Shown here piece by piece: positions 38,300-46,957 of a DNA stretch of 64,000 bases; positions within the stretch are counted from its first letter, which is position 1; the number at the start of each line of letters is the position of its first letter. The stretch is taken from contig OZ245758.1 in NCBI GenBank assembly GCA_965227405.1, positions 3,188,338 through 3,252,337 on the forward strand, given 5' to 3'. Under the pieces are notes generated by a model. That model worked only from the letters and a program-made list of their open reading frames with translations. It searched no databases and had not been told where the DNA came from. Source of the stretch: Polyangiales bacterium. Lineage in GTDB: Bacteria; Myxococcota_A; Polyangia; Polyangiales; Houyiibacteriaceae. The position numbers and the translations under genes are program-made.

Positions 38300-39160
38300 A
38301 TGCGAGGATTGGTGGCCTTCGCGATGTGCGGTTTTGTGGGCTGCACACTTCCGGCGGAAGACGTCGACGGACGCACCGAAGCGCTGCGTAACCTCGACGC
38401 CGTTGAAACCGAGTTCCTCGGTTTACTCAATGAGCACCGCGCAGGTGACGGGCTGATGCCGGTGTTCGATGAACGCGCCTGCAACACCGCGGCACGCGAC
38501 TACAGCCAACTCATGGGCGAGATGAACTGGTTTGACCACACCGGTCCCGATGGTTCGTCGCCGTGGGATCGCATGTGTGATGCTGGCTACAACCCTGCCT
38601 GTGGTCCGAGTACTGCGGTCGGTGAGAACATCGCCGCCGGCAACGGAAGCGCAGCGGCCACGTTCGAACAGTGGCGCACCAGCCCGGGTCACAACCGCAA
38701 CATGCTGGACAGTCGATACCGCGTTGTGGGTATTGGTCGCGCAGAGGTTCCGGGATCGCGTTATCGCTTTTACTGGACCAACGTGTTTGGTGGACAGATC
38801 ACCGACGAGACCAACATGGGTGGACCGATGCCGGATCCCGACGCGGGTCCGCCGCCTGATCCCGATGCCGGTCCGCCGCCTACCGACGCCGGTCCCGGAC
38901 CCCAACCCGATGCGGGTCCAGGCAACGACGCAGGTCCGCCTCCGCCCGATCCGGATGCAGGGCCAGGGTTTGATGGTGGACCGGGCTTTGACGCTGGACC
39001 GCCTCGAATGGACGCGGGTCCTGGAAACGATTCGGGTACTGCCATGCCGCCTGCGGCAAGCAGCGACACCTATCTTGTCGGCGACTGTGCAGCGGGTGGA
39101 TCCGGTGCAGGCGCGGCTTGGGTGATGCTTGCGTTGCTCTGCATTCGTCGCCGACGCTAG
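38300..39160 (+). CDS. CAP/SCP/PR-1-like domain lipoprotein with a Pro-rich linker and MYXO-CTERM sorting signal
   Basis: Lipobox FVGCTLPAE. CAP motifs (GENIAAGNGSAAATFEQWRTSPGHNRNML...VGIG). A (DAGPPP)n linker. C-terminus GDCAAGGSGAGAAWVMLALLCIRRRR. Confidence 0.65.
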   Translation: MRGLVAFAMCGFVGCTLPAEDVDGRTEALRNLDAVETEFLGLLNEHRAGDGLMPVFDERACNTAARDYSQLMGEMNWFDHTGPDGSSPWDRMCDAGYNPACGPSTAVGENIAAGNGSAAATFEQWRTSPGHNRNMLDSRYRVVGIGRAEVPGSRYRFYWTNVFGGQITDETNMGGPMPDPDAGPPPDPDAGPPPTDAGPGPQPDAGPGNDAGPPPPDPDAGPGFDGGPGFDAGPPRMDAGPGNDSGTAMPPAASSDTYLVGDCAAGGSGAGAAWVMLALLCIRRRR

Positions 39161-39172
39161 CGGCGTCGCACC

Positions 39173-40057
39173 ATGGACTGGAAGCGAACGAGCCTGCTCG
39201 CGTGGGCATTCGTGTGCGGTGCCGCGAGCGCGCACGCGGATGACACAGACGTTGCACCGGACGCGGCGCCCGATGTCGCACCCGACGGACCCAAAGGATA
39301 CGCGTGGGCGGAGTCGGCTGTATTTGTGGAGCAGAATCGCGGGCCGCGCATCACTGCGATCAGTCCGCTGATCGGTGCTGAGTATTGGATCGCACATGCA
39401 GTCGAAGTGCGCGCGCGTTTCGGTTGGACGGGCGTACGGCTTGCGGAATCGGAGTTCACCGATCGTCGTTGGCGGTGGAGCAACTTGGAACTCGGTGCGT
39501 CGTTTCGACGCGAGATCCCGACGTACTACCCCTACGTGTTTGAGCTTGCTGTGGGGTTGAACGTGGAGATCCCAACCTCGGTTGCACGCAGAGACACGAC
39601 CATGGCCGGCGATCTCGCCGACGAGACGGTGCTTCGCTCGGCGTCGGTGATGCGCGGTCGACGTGACCCTTGGTTGTGGGCGCCCGAGACGTTGAGCATC
39701 GTCGTTCCGCTGAGTGCCCAGCTCGTGCACGACTACGCGCACGTGAAACTCGCCGGTGATCTTGGTTTTCTGTTTGCGCTGGATGACCCCGATTCGACTG
39801 TGGCGATTCAGGTCCTGGGCGAAGCCGGGTACTGGGTGCAGCGCAAGCTCTTGCTCGCTCTCGCACTTTCGGTCGTGACGACTGCAGGCAACGCCCTCGA
39901 GGGTGCGTCAGCCTCGGGTGCGTTTCGCGCAATCGCCAAGCTCGAACCGGTGCGATTCCATTTCGACGTGTGGTTGAACTTGGACGATCCCTTGGGCTTT
40001 ACACTTGTCGGTAGTCGTTGGGGGGTTGTTCTTGGGATCGGCGTCGCGTTGCCATGA
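39173..40057 (+). CDS. Secreted hypothetical protein (possible outer-membrane beta-barrel-like)
   Basis: Signal peptide MDWKRTSLLAWAFVCGAASAHA with alternating hydrophobic beta-strand-like segments. No recognisable domain. Confidence 0.45.
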   Translation: MDWKRTSLLAWAFVCGAASAHADDTDVAPDAAPDVAPDGPKGYAWAESAVFVEQNRGPRITAISPLIGAEYWIAHAVEVRARFGWTGVRLAESEFTDRRWRWSNLELGASFRREIPTYYPYVFELAVGLNVEIPTSVARRDTTMAGDLADETVLRSASVMRGRRDPWLWAPETLSIVVPLSAQLVHDYAHVKLAGDLGFLFALDDPDSTVAIQVLGEAGYWVQRKLLLALALSVVTTAGNALEGASASGAFRAIAKLEPVRFHFDVWLNLDDPLGFTLVGSRWGVVLGIGVALP

Positions 40058-40121
40058 GGGGTTTCCCGCGTTTTTACGAGAGCGGTGGATGTTCCGGCTC
40101 GTTCGCGCGTAAGTAGGGCGC

Positions 40122-41432
40122 ATGGGAGCGAAAACCGCGGCGCAGCGACTTGGCCAGCGCATGCGAGCAGGAGAGTCGATCGGGTTTCGTGCGGCCTTTG
40201 GGAGCGACGACTCGTTCTACGAGCTGCATGTGTTCGGTGAACTGAGCGACGGCCGCCCAAGCGTGAACCTGCGTGTGATGTGGTGCGGAGAGCGCGCCAT
40301 CGATGCTGTGCTCGCCGGAACGGCGAAGGCGCCGCAGGGCGCGTTTCCGAAGGTGTACCAAAGCAACCATCCATCGTTTGGTTTGGCGTTGAAGCGCTTC
40401 GCCAAGAGTGTTCGAAGCGGGGATTTGCCTGCGATCACCAAACTCGAGCCTCGCTTCGGCAGCATCGCGCTCCTTCGGGGCAGTGAAGAACTTCTGTCGG
40501 AAGTGCTGCTCGCGTTTGCAGAGACGTTTGAATCCGCAGTGCCTGCGGATCTGGATGCGCGACGGAGCGCATGGAAAGAGATCGTGCACAACGCGAACCA
40601 AGCGCTCGTGTTGGCCGGCAAGAAGCTCGAGGAAGCCCGCAACCCTTCGCCGGAGACCCAAGGCCAGCGTGAGTGGGATCGCATCGCGTCTCCAGAAGGG
40701 GATCGGATTCGCATTGCGCACGACGACCCAGACATCCCTCCGGACTTAGAACTCTTGGTGAAGAGCAAGAGTTACCAGGCGCTCGAATCTGTTTGGGTGA
40801 CGAGGTGGGTGTCGCACGAACACGACAGCGACTTTCGGCCTTGGTTCGAATGTTTGACGACGTATCCACCCAAGCAGCTTCGAGCAGTCGAAGTGGGAAC
40901 GTACTCGGGTCGCTACGACAAGCTTGGACCCGTTGCGCCGATGGTGGGTGCAAACCCCAGTTTGCGTTCGCTCTTTCTGACTGGCGTGATGGACAGCGTG
41001 GCTCCGTTTGGAAACGAGAGTCTTGAGTCGTTTCAGGTCCAAACCGGCAAGTGGAGCGCCACGCCCATGAAACGTTTCATTGATTGGACGAAGTTCGATC
41101 ATCTGCACACGTTCATCGCGACCGGTGAAGTCTGCGATGCGCGCGGTCTGACGCGTCTGTGGAAGCTCCCCGCGCTGCAGACCCTGGAGCTTTCGCTGTT
41201 CGAACTGCACCCAGAGTTCTTCGCGCTGTCTCAAGACACCCGGATTCGAGAAGCGGACTTGGGAAGTTGCCGTTGGCCGATCGAGCCAGACGCGGAGAAT
41301 GCGATCATCGAAGCCGTGGTGTCGGCTGCGCCCTACCTTCAACAGGTGTCGCTCATCCTTCCTGTGGATGCTCAAGACGCAGCCGAACGTTTCGAGGCCG
41401 CAGGCCTTTCTTGCGAGTATGGGAGCTACTGA
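40122..41432 (+). CDS. Cytoplasmic hypothetical protein, paralog A (possible LRR-like C-terminus)
   Basis: 436 aa with no signal peptide. About 40% identical in the N-terminal 180 aa to the next gene (MxxKTAAQRLGxRxRxGESIxxRxAFG...FGSIxLLxGSxxLLxEVxLAFAExFE). Confidence 0.5.
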   Translation: MGAKTAAQRLGQRMRAGESIGFRAAFGSDDSFYELHVFGELSDGRPSVNLRVMWCGERAIDAVLAGTAKAPQGAFPKVYQSNHPSFGLALKRFAKSVRSGDLPAITKLEPRFGSIALLRGSEELLSEVLLAFAETFESAVPADLDARRSAWKEIVHNANQALVLAGKKLEEARNPSPETQGQREWDRIASPEGDRIRIAHDDPDIPPDLELLVKSKSYQALESVWVTRWVSHEHDSDFRPWFECLTTYPPKQLRAVEVGTYSGRYDKLGPVAPMVGANPSLRSLFLTGVMDSVAPFGNESLESFQVQTGKWSATPMKRFIDWTKFDHLHTFIATGEVCDARGLTRLWKLPALQTLELSLFELHPEFFALSQDTRIREADLGSCRWPIEPDAENAIIEAVVSAAPYLQQVSLILPVDAQDAAERFEAAGLSCEYGSY

Positions 41433-42856
41433 TGTCCAAAACCGCAGCACAACGATTGGGCAAGCGGGTTCGTGGAGGCGAGAGCATCGCGTTGCGAGGT
41501 GCATTCGGCGATGAGACTTCGTTCTACGAACTCGAGGTGGCTGCTGCGACAGGCAACCCGCGTCCGGACGTGCATCTGCTCGTGCGTTGGTGCGGAACTC
41601 AAGTGTTGAAAGGCATGACCGAAGGAACCACGGACGCACTGCGCCAAGCTGCGGCACAGAAAGCGTTTCCGGTGGTGTACCGGAGCCAACACAAGTCGTT
41701 TGGTCAGGCTCTAAAGCGCTACGCCAAGTGCGTTGGCAACGGCGATCTGCCGGAAGTCTCCGCGTTGGAACCTCAGTTCGGCAGCATCGAGTTGCTTGAG
41801 GGCAGCGACGATCTGTTGGAGGAAGTGGTGCTGGCGTTCGCGGAAATCTTTGAAGCGGAGGCGCCCGGTGATCTCGAGACGCTTCGTGCGGCGTGGTCCA
41901 AGACCCGAACGAGTGTCTTTGCCACCGTCGAACCTGCGTTGGACAAAGCGCGTGCCGATGCCGTGGCGGCGGCAGAGCAAGCGGATCGGGAGCGTGCCCA
42001 AGCAGCAGCGCGGAATCTCGAACAACAGCTGATCAAGCGGCAAGGCGTGCACATGTCTATCGACACAAGCAAGACGCCGTATCGCGATGGTCCGAAGATC
42101 GACGAAGCCGCAATGTTCGCGAAACACGCCGATGCAGAGAAGCTCTTGCTGATGGGCGACGCGTTGGGATCGTGGATGTATCACTTGGAGGAGGCAAAGC
42201 CGAAAGCGCTCACCGCACTGATCATCGATACGTATTGGCAGACCATTACGCGTACGGCCGCTGTGCCGCTTGGCAGCGTTTGCTCGTTGATCAACGCATG
42301 TCCAAACCTCGCGTCCGCGTTCATGATCGGAGACTTCGTCGTCTCTCAGTCGATTACCAGTCAGTCGCTCGAATCGCTGACCCTTCTGGCGGACCCCTTC
42401 GATCCCAAGTCGGCACGCAGGATCTTGGAGAGTCCGGCGCCCGTGCTGCGGCAACTCACTCTCGGGCTTCGGTACGAGTACGGATCGAAAGCGGATGCCG
42501 ACATTGCGTCGGCCATCAACGACAAGGCGTTGCCATCACTCCAAGAGTTGACGATTGCCAACGCGGACGACCCTGTTCCGATTTTTCGGCAGGTGATGTC
42601 ATCTGGGCTGCTCGCGCGACTTGAGGTGCTGCATTTCATTCTCGAAGATGAAGAGCACATTGATGCATGTGCCGAGATCGTGTTCACGAATCCCGAAGCG
42701 TTTGCTCACCTTCGCGAACTCGGACTCGAGAGCGAGAACATGTCGGCGTCGCCAGAGGTGCTCGAGCAACTGCAGAAGCACGTTCCTGGCTACACGTTTT
42801 GCGGCAATCCGTTTGCGCCCACCGCGTACAATCGAACCGCGTTCGTGCCTGACTAA
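41432..42856 (+). CDS. Cytoplasmic hypothetical protein, paralog B
   Basis: ATG overlaps the upstream TGA (TGATG). Same N-terminal family as 40122..41432, with leucine-rich C-terminal repeats. Confidence 0.5.
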   Translation: MSKTAAQRLGKRVRGGESIALRGAFGDETSFYELEVAAATGNPRPDVHLLVRWCGTQVLKGMTEGTTDALRQAAAQKAFPVVYRSQHKSFGQALKRYAKCVGNGDLPEVSALEPQFGSIELLEGSDDLLEEVVLAFAEIFEAEAPGDLETLRAAWSKTRTSVFATVEPALDKARADAVAAAEQADRERAQAAARNLEQQLIKRQGVHMSIDTSKTPYRDGPKIDEAAMFAKHADAEKLLLMGDALGSWMYHLEEAKPKALTALIIDTYWQTITRTAAVPLGSVCSLINACPNLASAFMIGDFVVSQSITSQSLESLTLLADPFDPKSARRILESPAPVLRQLTLGLRYEYGSKADADIASAINDKALPSLQELTIANADDPVPIFRQVMSSGLLARLEVLHFILEDEEHIDACAEIVFTNPEAFAHLRELGLESENMSASPEVLEQLQKHVPGYTFCGNPFAPTAYNRTAFVPD

Positions 42857-42864
42857 CGCGGTGA

Positions 42865-43275
42865 CTACCGCGCGCGCAGTGAGCGGCTCTCGCGCACGGA
42901 GCCATCCATCTCGTTGAACGACACCACGGAGTAGAGCCACTCGCGCTCGCCTTCGCGAGCAACATACGTTGCACCACTTCCGCCGTAGCTGCCGTCTTCG
43001 TTCTCGACCGTTTCCGCTTCGATCGGTTCCGCTTCGACAGTGAGCTGAGCAAACCGAGTCTCAAACGTGGCTCGATCGACTTCTTCGCCCTCGATGAAGT
43101 AGCTCGTCGGAATCGCAGGCTCGGTTGCAGGATCTTCAGTCACAGGCTCGTCGGAAGGCTCCGTTGCAGGTTCTGGTGTGACAGGTTCTTCCGTCGCCGG
43201 CTCGACGGGATCCGACGTCGCCGTTGCGCTCGAGGTTGCGCATCCGACGAGAGCACAGAGGACAAACGCTCGCAC
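42865..43275 (-). CDS. Small lipoprotein, hypothetical (tandem paralog 1)
   Basis: Lipobox LCALVGCATS, PEPxTEP linker and a conserved C-terminal domain YFIEGEEVDRATFETRF...DGSYGGSGATYVAREG. Confidence 0.5.
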   Translation of the reverse strand: MRAFVLCALVGCATSSATATSDPVEPATEEPVTPEPATEPSDEPVTEDPATEPAIPTSYFIEGEEVDRATFETRFAQLTVEAEPIEAETVENEDGSYGGSGATYVAREGEREWLYSVVSFNEMDGSVRESRSLRAR

Positions 43276-43310
43276 TCGTGGAGCCTATCAAACGTGGGCG
43301 CAGGGCGTCG

Positions 43311-43637
43311 CTAGCGCGGCCGAAGCGAACGGCTCTGGTGGACGGAGCCGTCCTCTTCGTTGAATGTCACGACTGTGTAGGCCCAATCCCCAAAGAGTCC
43401 GCGTGCGACATAGGTTGCACCGCTGCCACCGTAGCTTCCGTCGGAATTGAGGACGCTCTCGGTTTCGATCGGTTCGGCCTCAAACGAGTACTCGGCAACG
43501 CGCGAATCGAACGTCTCACGGTCGACCTCTTCGCCTTCTATGAAGTACTGCGTGGGAGTGTCAGGGTTCGCAGCGGGAACGGGTGCGGTGTTCGACGACC
43601 CGCACGCCAGCACAAACACGAGTCCGAGGGTGCGCAC
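43311..43637 (-). CDS. Small lipoprotein, hypothetical (tandem paralog 2)
   Basis: Lipobox VFVLACGSS; C-terminal domain YFIEGEEVDRETFDSRV...DGSYGGSGATYVARG shared with 42865..43275. Confidence 0.5.
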   Translation of the reverse strand: MRTLGLVFVLACGSSNTAPVPAANPDTPTQYFIEGEEVDRETFDSRVAEYSFEAEPIETESVLNSDGSYGGSGATYVARGLFGDWAYTVVTFNEEDGSVHQSRSLRPR

Positions 43638-43649
43638 CTGGACAGGCTA

Positions 43650-44231
43650 TCACGCAGCCTTCTTGCTCGGAGGCGGAGGCGCGCTGGGACGTTCCGGCGT
43701 TGCCACGACCTTGGCTTCTTTCAACCGGCGACGACGCTCTCGACGTTCGATGTCTCGACGCTCACGCTCCGTAAACGCGTAGGGAACACGCGTGCCCATG
43801 AGTTCGTCCATCCACGGCTTGGTCACGCACCAGTTCGCGTCCTGCTTCGGACCCATGTGGTGGTCGTAGTGCCAAGTGAGATTCTCGCGCGCCCATTTCG
43901 GATCCTCGTGACTGCGCTTGTGCACTCGGTAGTAGTTCCACACGCAGTACCAGGTCGTGCCCACGAAGAAGGGTGCGACTGGGAAGAGCGGAGCAACCGC
44001 GAGACCGGTAGCAAGCAGGAGCCCGGCTTCCTTGCCTTGCGAGTGACGTCCCCAAACCGGGCGCTCGTAGTGGCTGTCCCGCATTCCGTGGCGTCGAGCT
44101 TCGCGATGGTGTTCGTGCCAGTGAAACGAGAAGAAACTGTCCTTCTTTTTCCCTGCACCATGGAGCACATACTTGTGCACTAACCATTCGGTGGCATTTG
44201 CTGCGAGGAGAGCGACAGGAATTCCAATCAT
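43650..44231 (-). CDS. Fatty acid hydroxylase/sterol-desaturase superfamily membrane protein
   Basis: His-box motifs HWHEHH and HYDHHM, hydrophobic segments and a basic C-terminal tail. Confidence 0.55.
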   Translation of the reverse strand: MIGIPVALLAANATEWLVHKYVLHGAGKKKDSFFSFHWHEHHREARRHGMRDSHYERPVWGRHSQGKEAGLLLATGLAVAPLFPVAPFFVGTTWYCVWNYYRVHKRSHEDPKWARENLTWHYDHHMGPKQDANWCVTKPWMDELMGTRVPYAFTERERRDIERRERRRRLKEAKVVATPERPSAPPPPSKKAA

Positions 44232-44254
44232 TTTCAGTGCCTACGAGATTTGAA

Positions 44255-44330
44255 ACCGTGACCTATACGTCACACTAATAAACATGACCATTCAGTCATG
44301 GTTGCGCAAGCGAAAACGTGACGACTCGTT
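44255..44330. promoter_or_regulatory. AT-rich divergent promoter region with short palindromes (candidate TetR operator)
   Basis: gtgac-ctatac-gtcac and catgac-cattca-gtcatg inverted repeats between the divergent hydroxylase and TetR genes. Locally AT-rich in a GC-rich genome. Confidence 0.3.
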
Positions 44331-44366
44331 CACTCTTGTGAGCATCCACAGGACACCCACGTTTGG

Positions 44367-45080
44367 GTGCTAAAGTCCGGCCTTCGATCGTCCGAAAACC
44401 AATCGGCTGTCGACCCAACTCCAGTGACGCGCCGCGGACCGAAAACACCTGAGCACCGCCCCGGAAAAGAAGGGGGCAAGCGTGCACTCAATCGACAGAA
44501 ACGAATCGCCGACATTCAGGCGGCGGGTTTGCGGCTCTTCCTCGAGAAGGGGATCGCGAGTGTCAGTATCGACGACATCGCGAAAGAGTCGAAGATGGCG
44601 AAGGGCAACTTCTATCGCTACTTCGACGACAAGCGTGCGTTGATCGACTCGCTCTTGAACGAACCCGCGAGTGCCGTGCGTCGAACGATGCGACGAACCG
44701 CCATTTCGCTCGCCAAGGCCAAAGACGACAAAGCGCTTGCCGCGGCGTACACGGAACTTGCTGCTGGTCTTGCGATGGTGGCGATGAGTCACCTCGACGT
44801 GATGCGTTTGTACCTGCAGGAAAACCGCGCACCGGCAACAGCCGAAACTGCTGGGCTTCGTGCACTTGCGAACGAGTTGAACTCCGGTGCGGTCCAGTTG
44901 ACCGAAGTCGCGGTTGAGCATGGTTTGCTTCGCGTGAAGAACGCGAGCGTGAGTGGCTTGGCTGTCGTCGGTGCTGTGGAGCAACTCGCGATGGCGATCT
45001 TTCGCGAAGAGCTGGATGTTCCTCCGGCGGAAGTCGCGCAGATCGTGGTGAACATGGTCCTGCACGGCATCACCAAGTAG
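44367..45080 (+). CDS. TetR/AcrR family transcriptional regulator
   Basis: N-terminal HTH (RIADIQAAGLRLFLEKGIASVSIDDIAKESKMAKGNFYRYFDDKRAL) and a helical ligand-binding domain. The true start may lie downstream of the ORF-track start. Confidence 0.65.
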   Translation: MLKSGLRSSENQSAVDPTPVTRRGPKTPEHRPGKEGGKRALNRQKRIADIQAAGLRLFLEKGIASVSIDDIAKESKMAKGNFYRYFDDKRALIDSLLNEPASAVRRTMRRTAISLAKAKDDKALAAAYTELAAGLAMVAMSHLDVMRLYLQENRAPATAETAGLRALANELNSGAVQLTEVAVEHGLLRVKNASVSGLAVVGAVEQLAMAIFREELDVPPAEVAQIVVNMVLHGITK

Positions 45081-45085
45081 CCGCA

Positions 45086-45113
45086 CATTTGGGGGTTCAG
45101 CTTGGGGACGGGG
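45086..45113. promoter_or_regulatory. Conserved G-tract motif (copy 2), upstream of the enoyl-CoA hydratase gene
   Basis: catttgggggttcagcttggggacggg; see 28717-28744. Confidence 0.4.
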
Positions 45114-45166
45114 GTTTTGGCGCGTGCAGCCCATCGCAGGTGAGTACTCGTCGCTAGCGTGACGAC

Positions 45167-45862
45167 ATGTCTCTCGTATCAGTTGCTGCTTTGGATCACG
45201 CCACGCTCATCGCCATGGACGATGGGAAGGTCAACGCGCTCTCCCACGCAATGCTCGACGCTCTTGCTCGCGCGTTCGACGAGGCACCAAAGAAGAACCC
45301 GATCATCCTCGCCGGGCGGGGAGGAGTGTTCTCAGCCGGGTTCTCTCTCCAAACGATGATGGCAAGTCCAGACGCAGCCGTGGACCTCACTCGGCATGGG
45401 TTCGAGTTGATGCTTCGGGTGTACGAAGACCCACGTCCGGTCATCGCGGCGTGCACGGGGCACGCGGTTGCAGGTGGCGCGCTCTTGCTCTTATGCGCCG
45501 ATGTTCGCGTCGGGACACGTGGGACGTTTCGGATCGGGCTTACCGAAGTGTCGATCGGGATTCCGCTGCCGACGTTTGCACGCTTGCTGGCCGAAGAGCG
45601 ATTGGCACGACCGTACTTGCTCGAGGCAACGTTGGGCGCGCGCATCTTCCCGCCGATGGAAGCGCTTGCGGCGGGCTTCTTCACGCGCACGATCGACGGA
45701 CCGCAGCTGATGGAGATCGCCCAAGAAGAAGCCGAGCGCTTGGCCGGGTTTTCTCCACGTGCATACGCCAGTACCAAACGCGTGATGTGTGAAAGCTTGG
45801 TCGGTCGATCGCGGGCAGAGCTGGAAGGCGATCTCGCCCGCGCACTCGCCAGTGTGTCCTAG
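45167..45862 (+). CDS. Enoyl-CoA hydratase/isomerase (crotonase) family protein
   Basis: Crotonase-fold motifs (ILAGRGGVFSAGFSL, AACTGHAVAGGALLLLCADVRV). Confidence 0.65.
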   Translation: MSLVSVAALDHATLIAMDDGKVNALSHAMLDALARAFDEAPKKNPIILAGRGGVFSAGFSLQTMMASPDAAVDLTRHGFELMLRVYEDPRPVIAACTGHAVAGGALLLLCADVRVGTRGTFRIGLTEVSIGIPLPTFARLLAEERLARPYLLEATLGARIFPPMEALAAGFFTRTIDGPQLMEIAQEEAERLAGFSPRAYASTKRVMCESLVGRSRAELEGDLARALASVS

Positions 45863-46902
45863 CGCTTCGGTTCGCGAAGCTCTCGCGTTGTGCGTGGCTG
45901 TTTGCCCGTCGCGCGCCGATACGCCCGCGCAAACGCGCTGTGATCGCTGTACGCAAGCAGCAGTGCGATCTGTCCGATCGTCAGCCGCGAATCCATCAGG
46001 TAGCGGTCGGCTAACGTAATGCGAATGGACTCCACCAGTTCGCGATAGGTCGTGCCCCGCTTCTGTAGACGACGCTGAATCGTTCGTGCCGACATGCGAG
46101 TGGCATCCGCGACGTCCGCCAGCGAAGGCGGGGAACCCTTTGCCAACAGCTGTGCAATCGCTTCGCCGATTCGGTCGTGTTCGTCGCGGCTGATCGTTGA
46201 AGTTTCGAGCTGTTCGAGATGCCGCTTTGCGATCTCAGCGATGGCTCGGTTTCGCGTGTGTTGCGGAGTCTCCAAAATGCGATGCGAAACCTGGATGGAG
46301 TCTCGCTTGGCTTCGAAACACGGCGTCATCCCAAACAGGTCCACGTAGCCGCGCAAGTTGCCAAGCGCTTGGTGGCGCATCACGACTTTCGCGACGGGTG
46401 GTTCAAGCGTCGTCGTGCGTCGAATCGTCATCGCCAACGACGCAAACAGAAACTCGATGACCACAGCGTGTCCGAGTGTTGCGGGGGTTCCGCGTTCACC
46501 GGGCGCCGGTCGGTAGTGAAACCAATCTGCGTGCTCTCCTCGCTCACGCACGATCGCTTGCTTCCCATGGAACACTTGCTCGTGCTCCAGCAAGCGGTCG
46601 AGCCCTTCACCGAGTGTGGGTGCGCTTGTCGCCAGCAGACCTGGAAGATGTCGCTCCAGGTGCGCGGTCGCGAGCTTCGCCACGTCGCGTCCGACGCTTG
46701 GACGAACGCGCGCAAGTTGCGCCCACATATGCCGTACGTCCGAACTGCGCACACGGGTCTCGTCCGGAGGCTCCAAGCGAACACCCATCGTCGAAGCCAT
46801 CTTGGCTAACACCCTGGCGAGTTCGGGCTGATTGGTGCGCTCCACGAACACCAAACTAACCGCCGCTCTTTGAAGCGCACGCGTTGGTGGCGCGTTCTGC
46901 AC
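45859..46902 (-). CDS. AraC family transcriptional regulator
   Basis: C-terminal dual HTH (ADVADATRMSARTIQRRLQ... and IGQIALLLAYSDHSAFARAYRRATGKQP). The N-terminal extent is uncertain. Confidence 0.6.
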   Translation of the reverse strand: MQNAPPTRALQRAAVSLVFVERTNQPELARVLAKMASTMGVRLEPPDETRVRSSDVRHMWAQLARVRPSVGRDVAKLATAHLERHLPGLLATSAPTLGEGLDRLLEHEQVFHGKQAIVRERGEHADWFHYRPAPGERGTPATLGHAVVIEFLFASLAMTIRRTTTLEPPVAKVVMRHQALGNLRGYVDLFGMTPCFEAKRDSIQVSHRILETPQHTRNRAIAEIAKRHLEQLETSTISRDEHDRIGEAIAQLLAKGSPPSLADVADATRMSARTIQRRLQKRGTTYRELVESIRITLADRYLMDSRLTIGQIALLLAYSDHSAFARAYRRATGKQPRTTRELREPKR

Positions 46903-46957
46903 AACCGGGCGTCGTGACGAGTCCGAGTGTCGTGTAACCGGCTGCGTATCACTTCAC

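Noticed and set aside
38423-39742. 439-aa minus-strand ORF spanning the CAP-domain gene and the next gene
   Set aside because: Antisense, Arg-rich, and crosses an intergenic boundary. Not credible.
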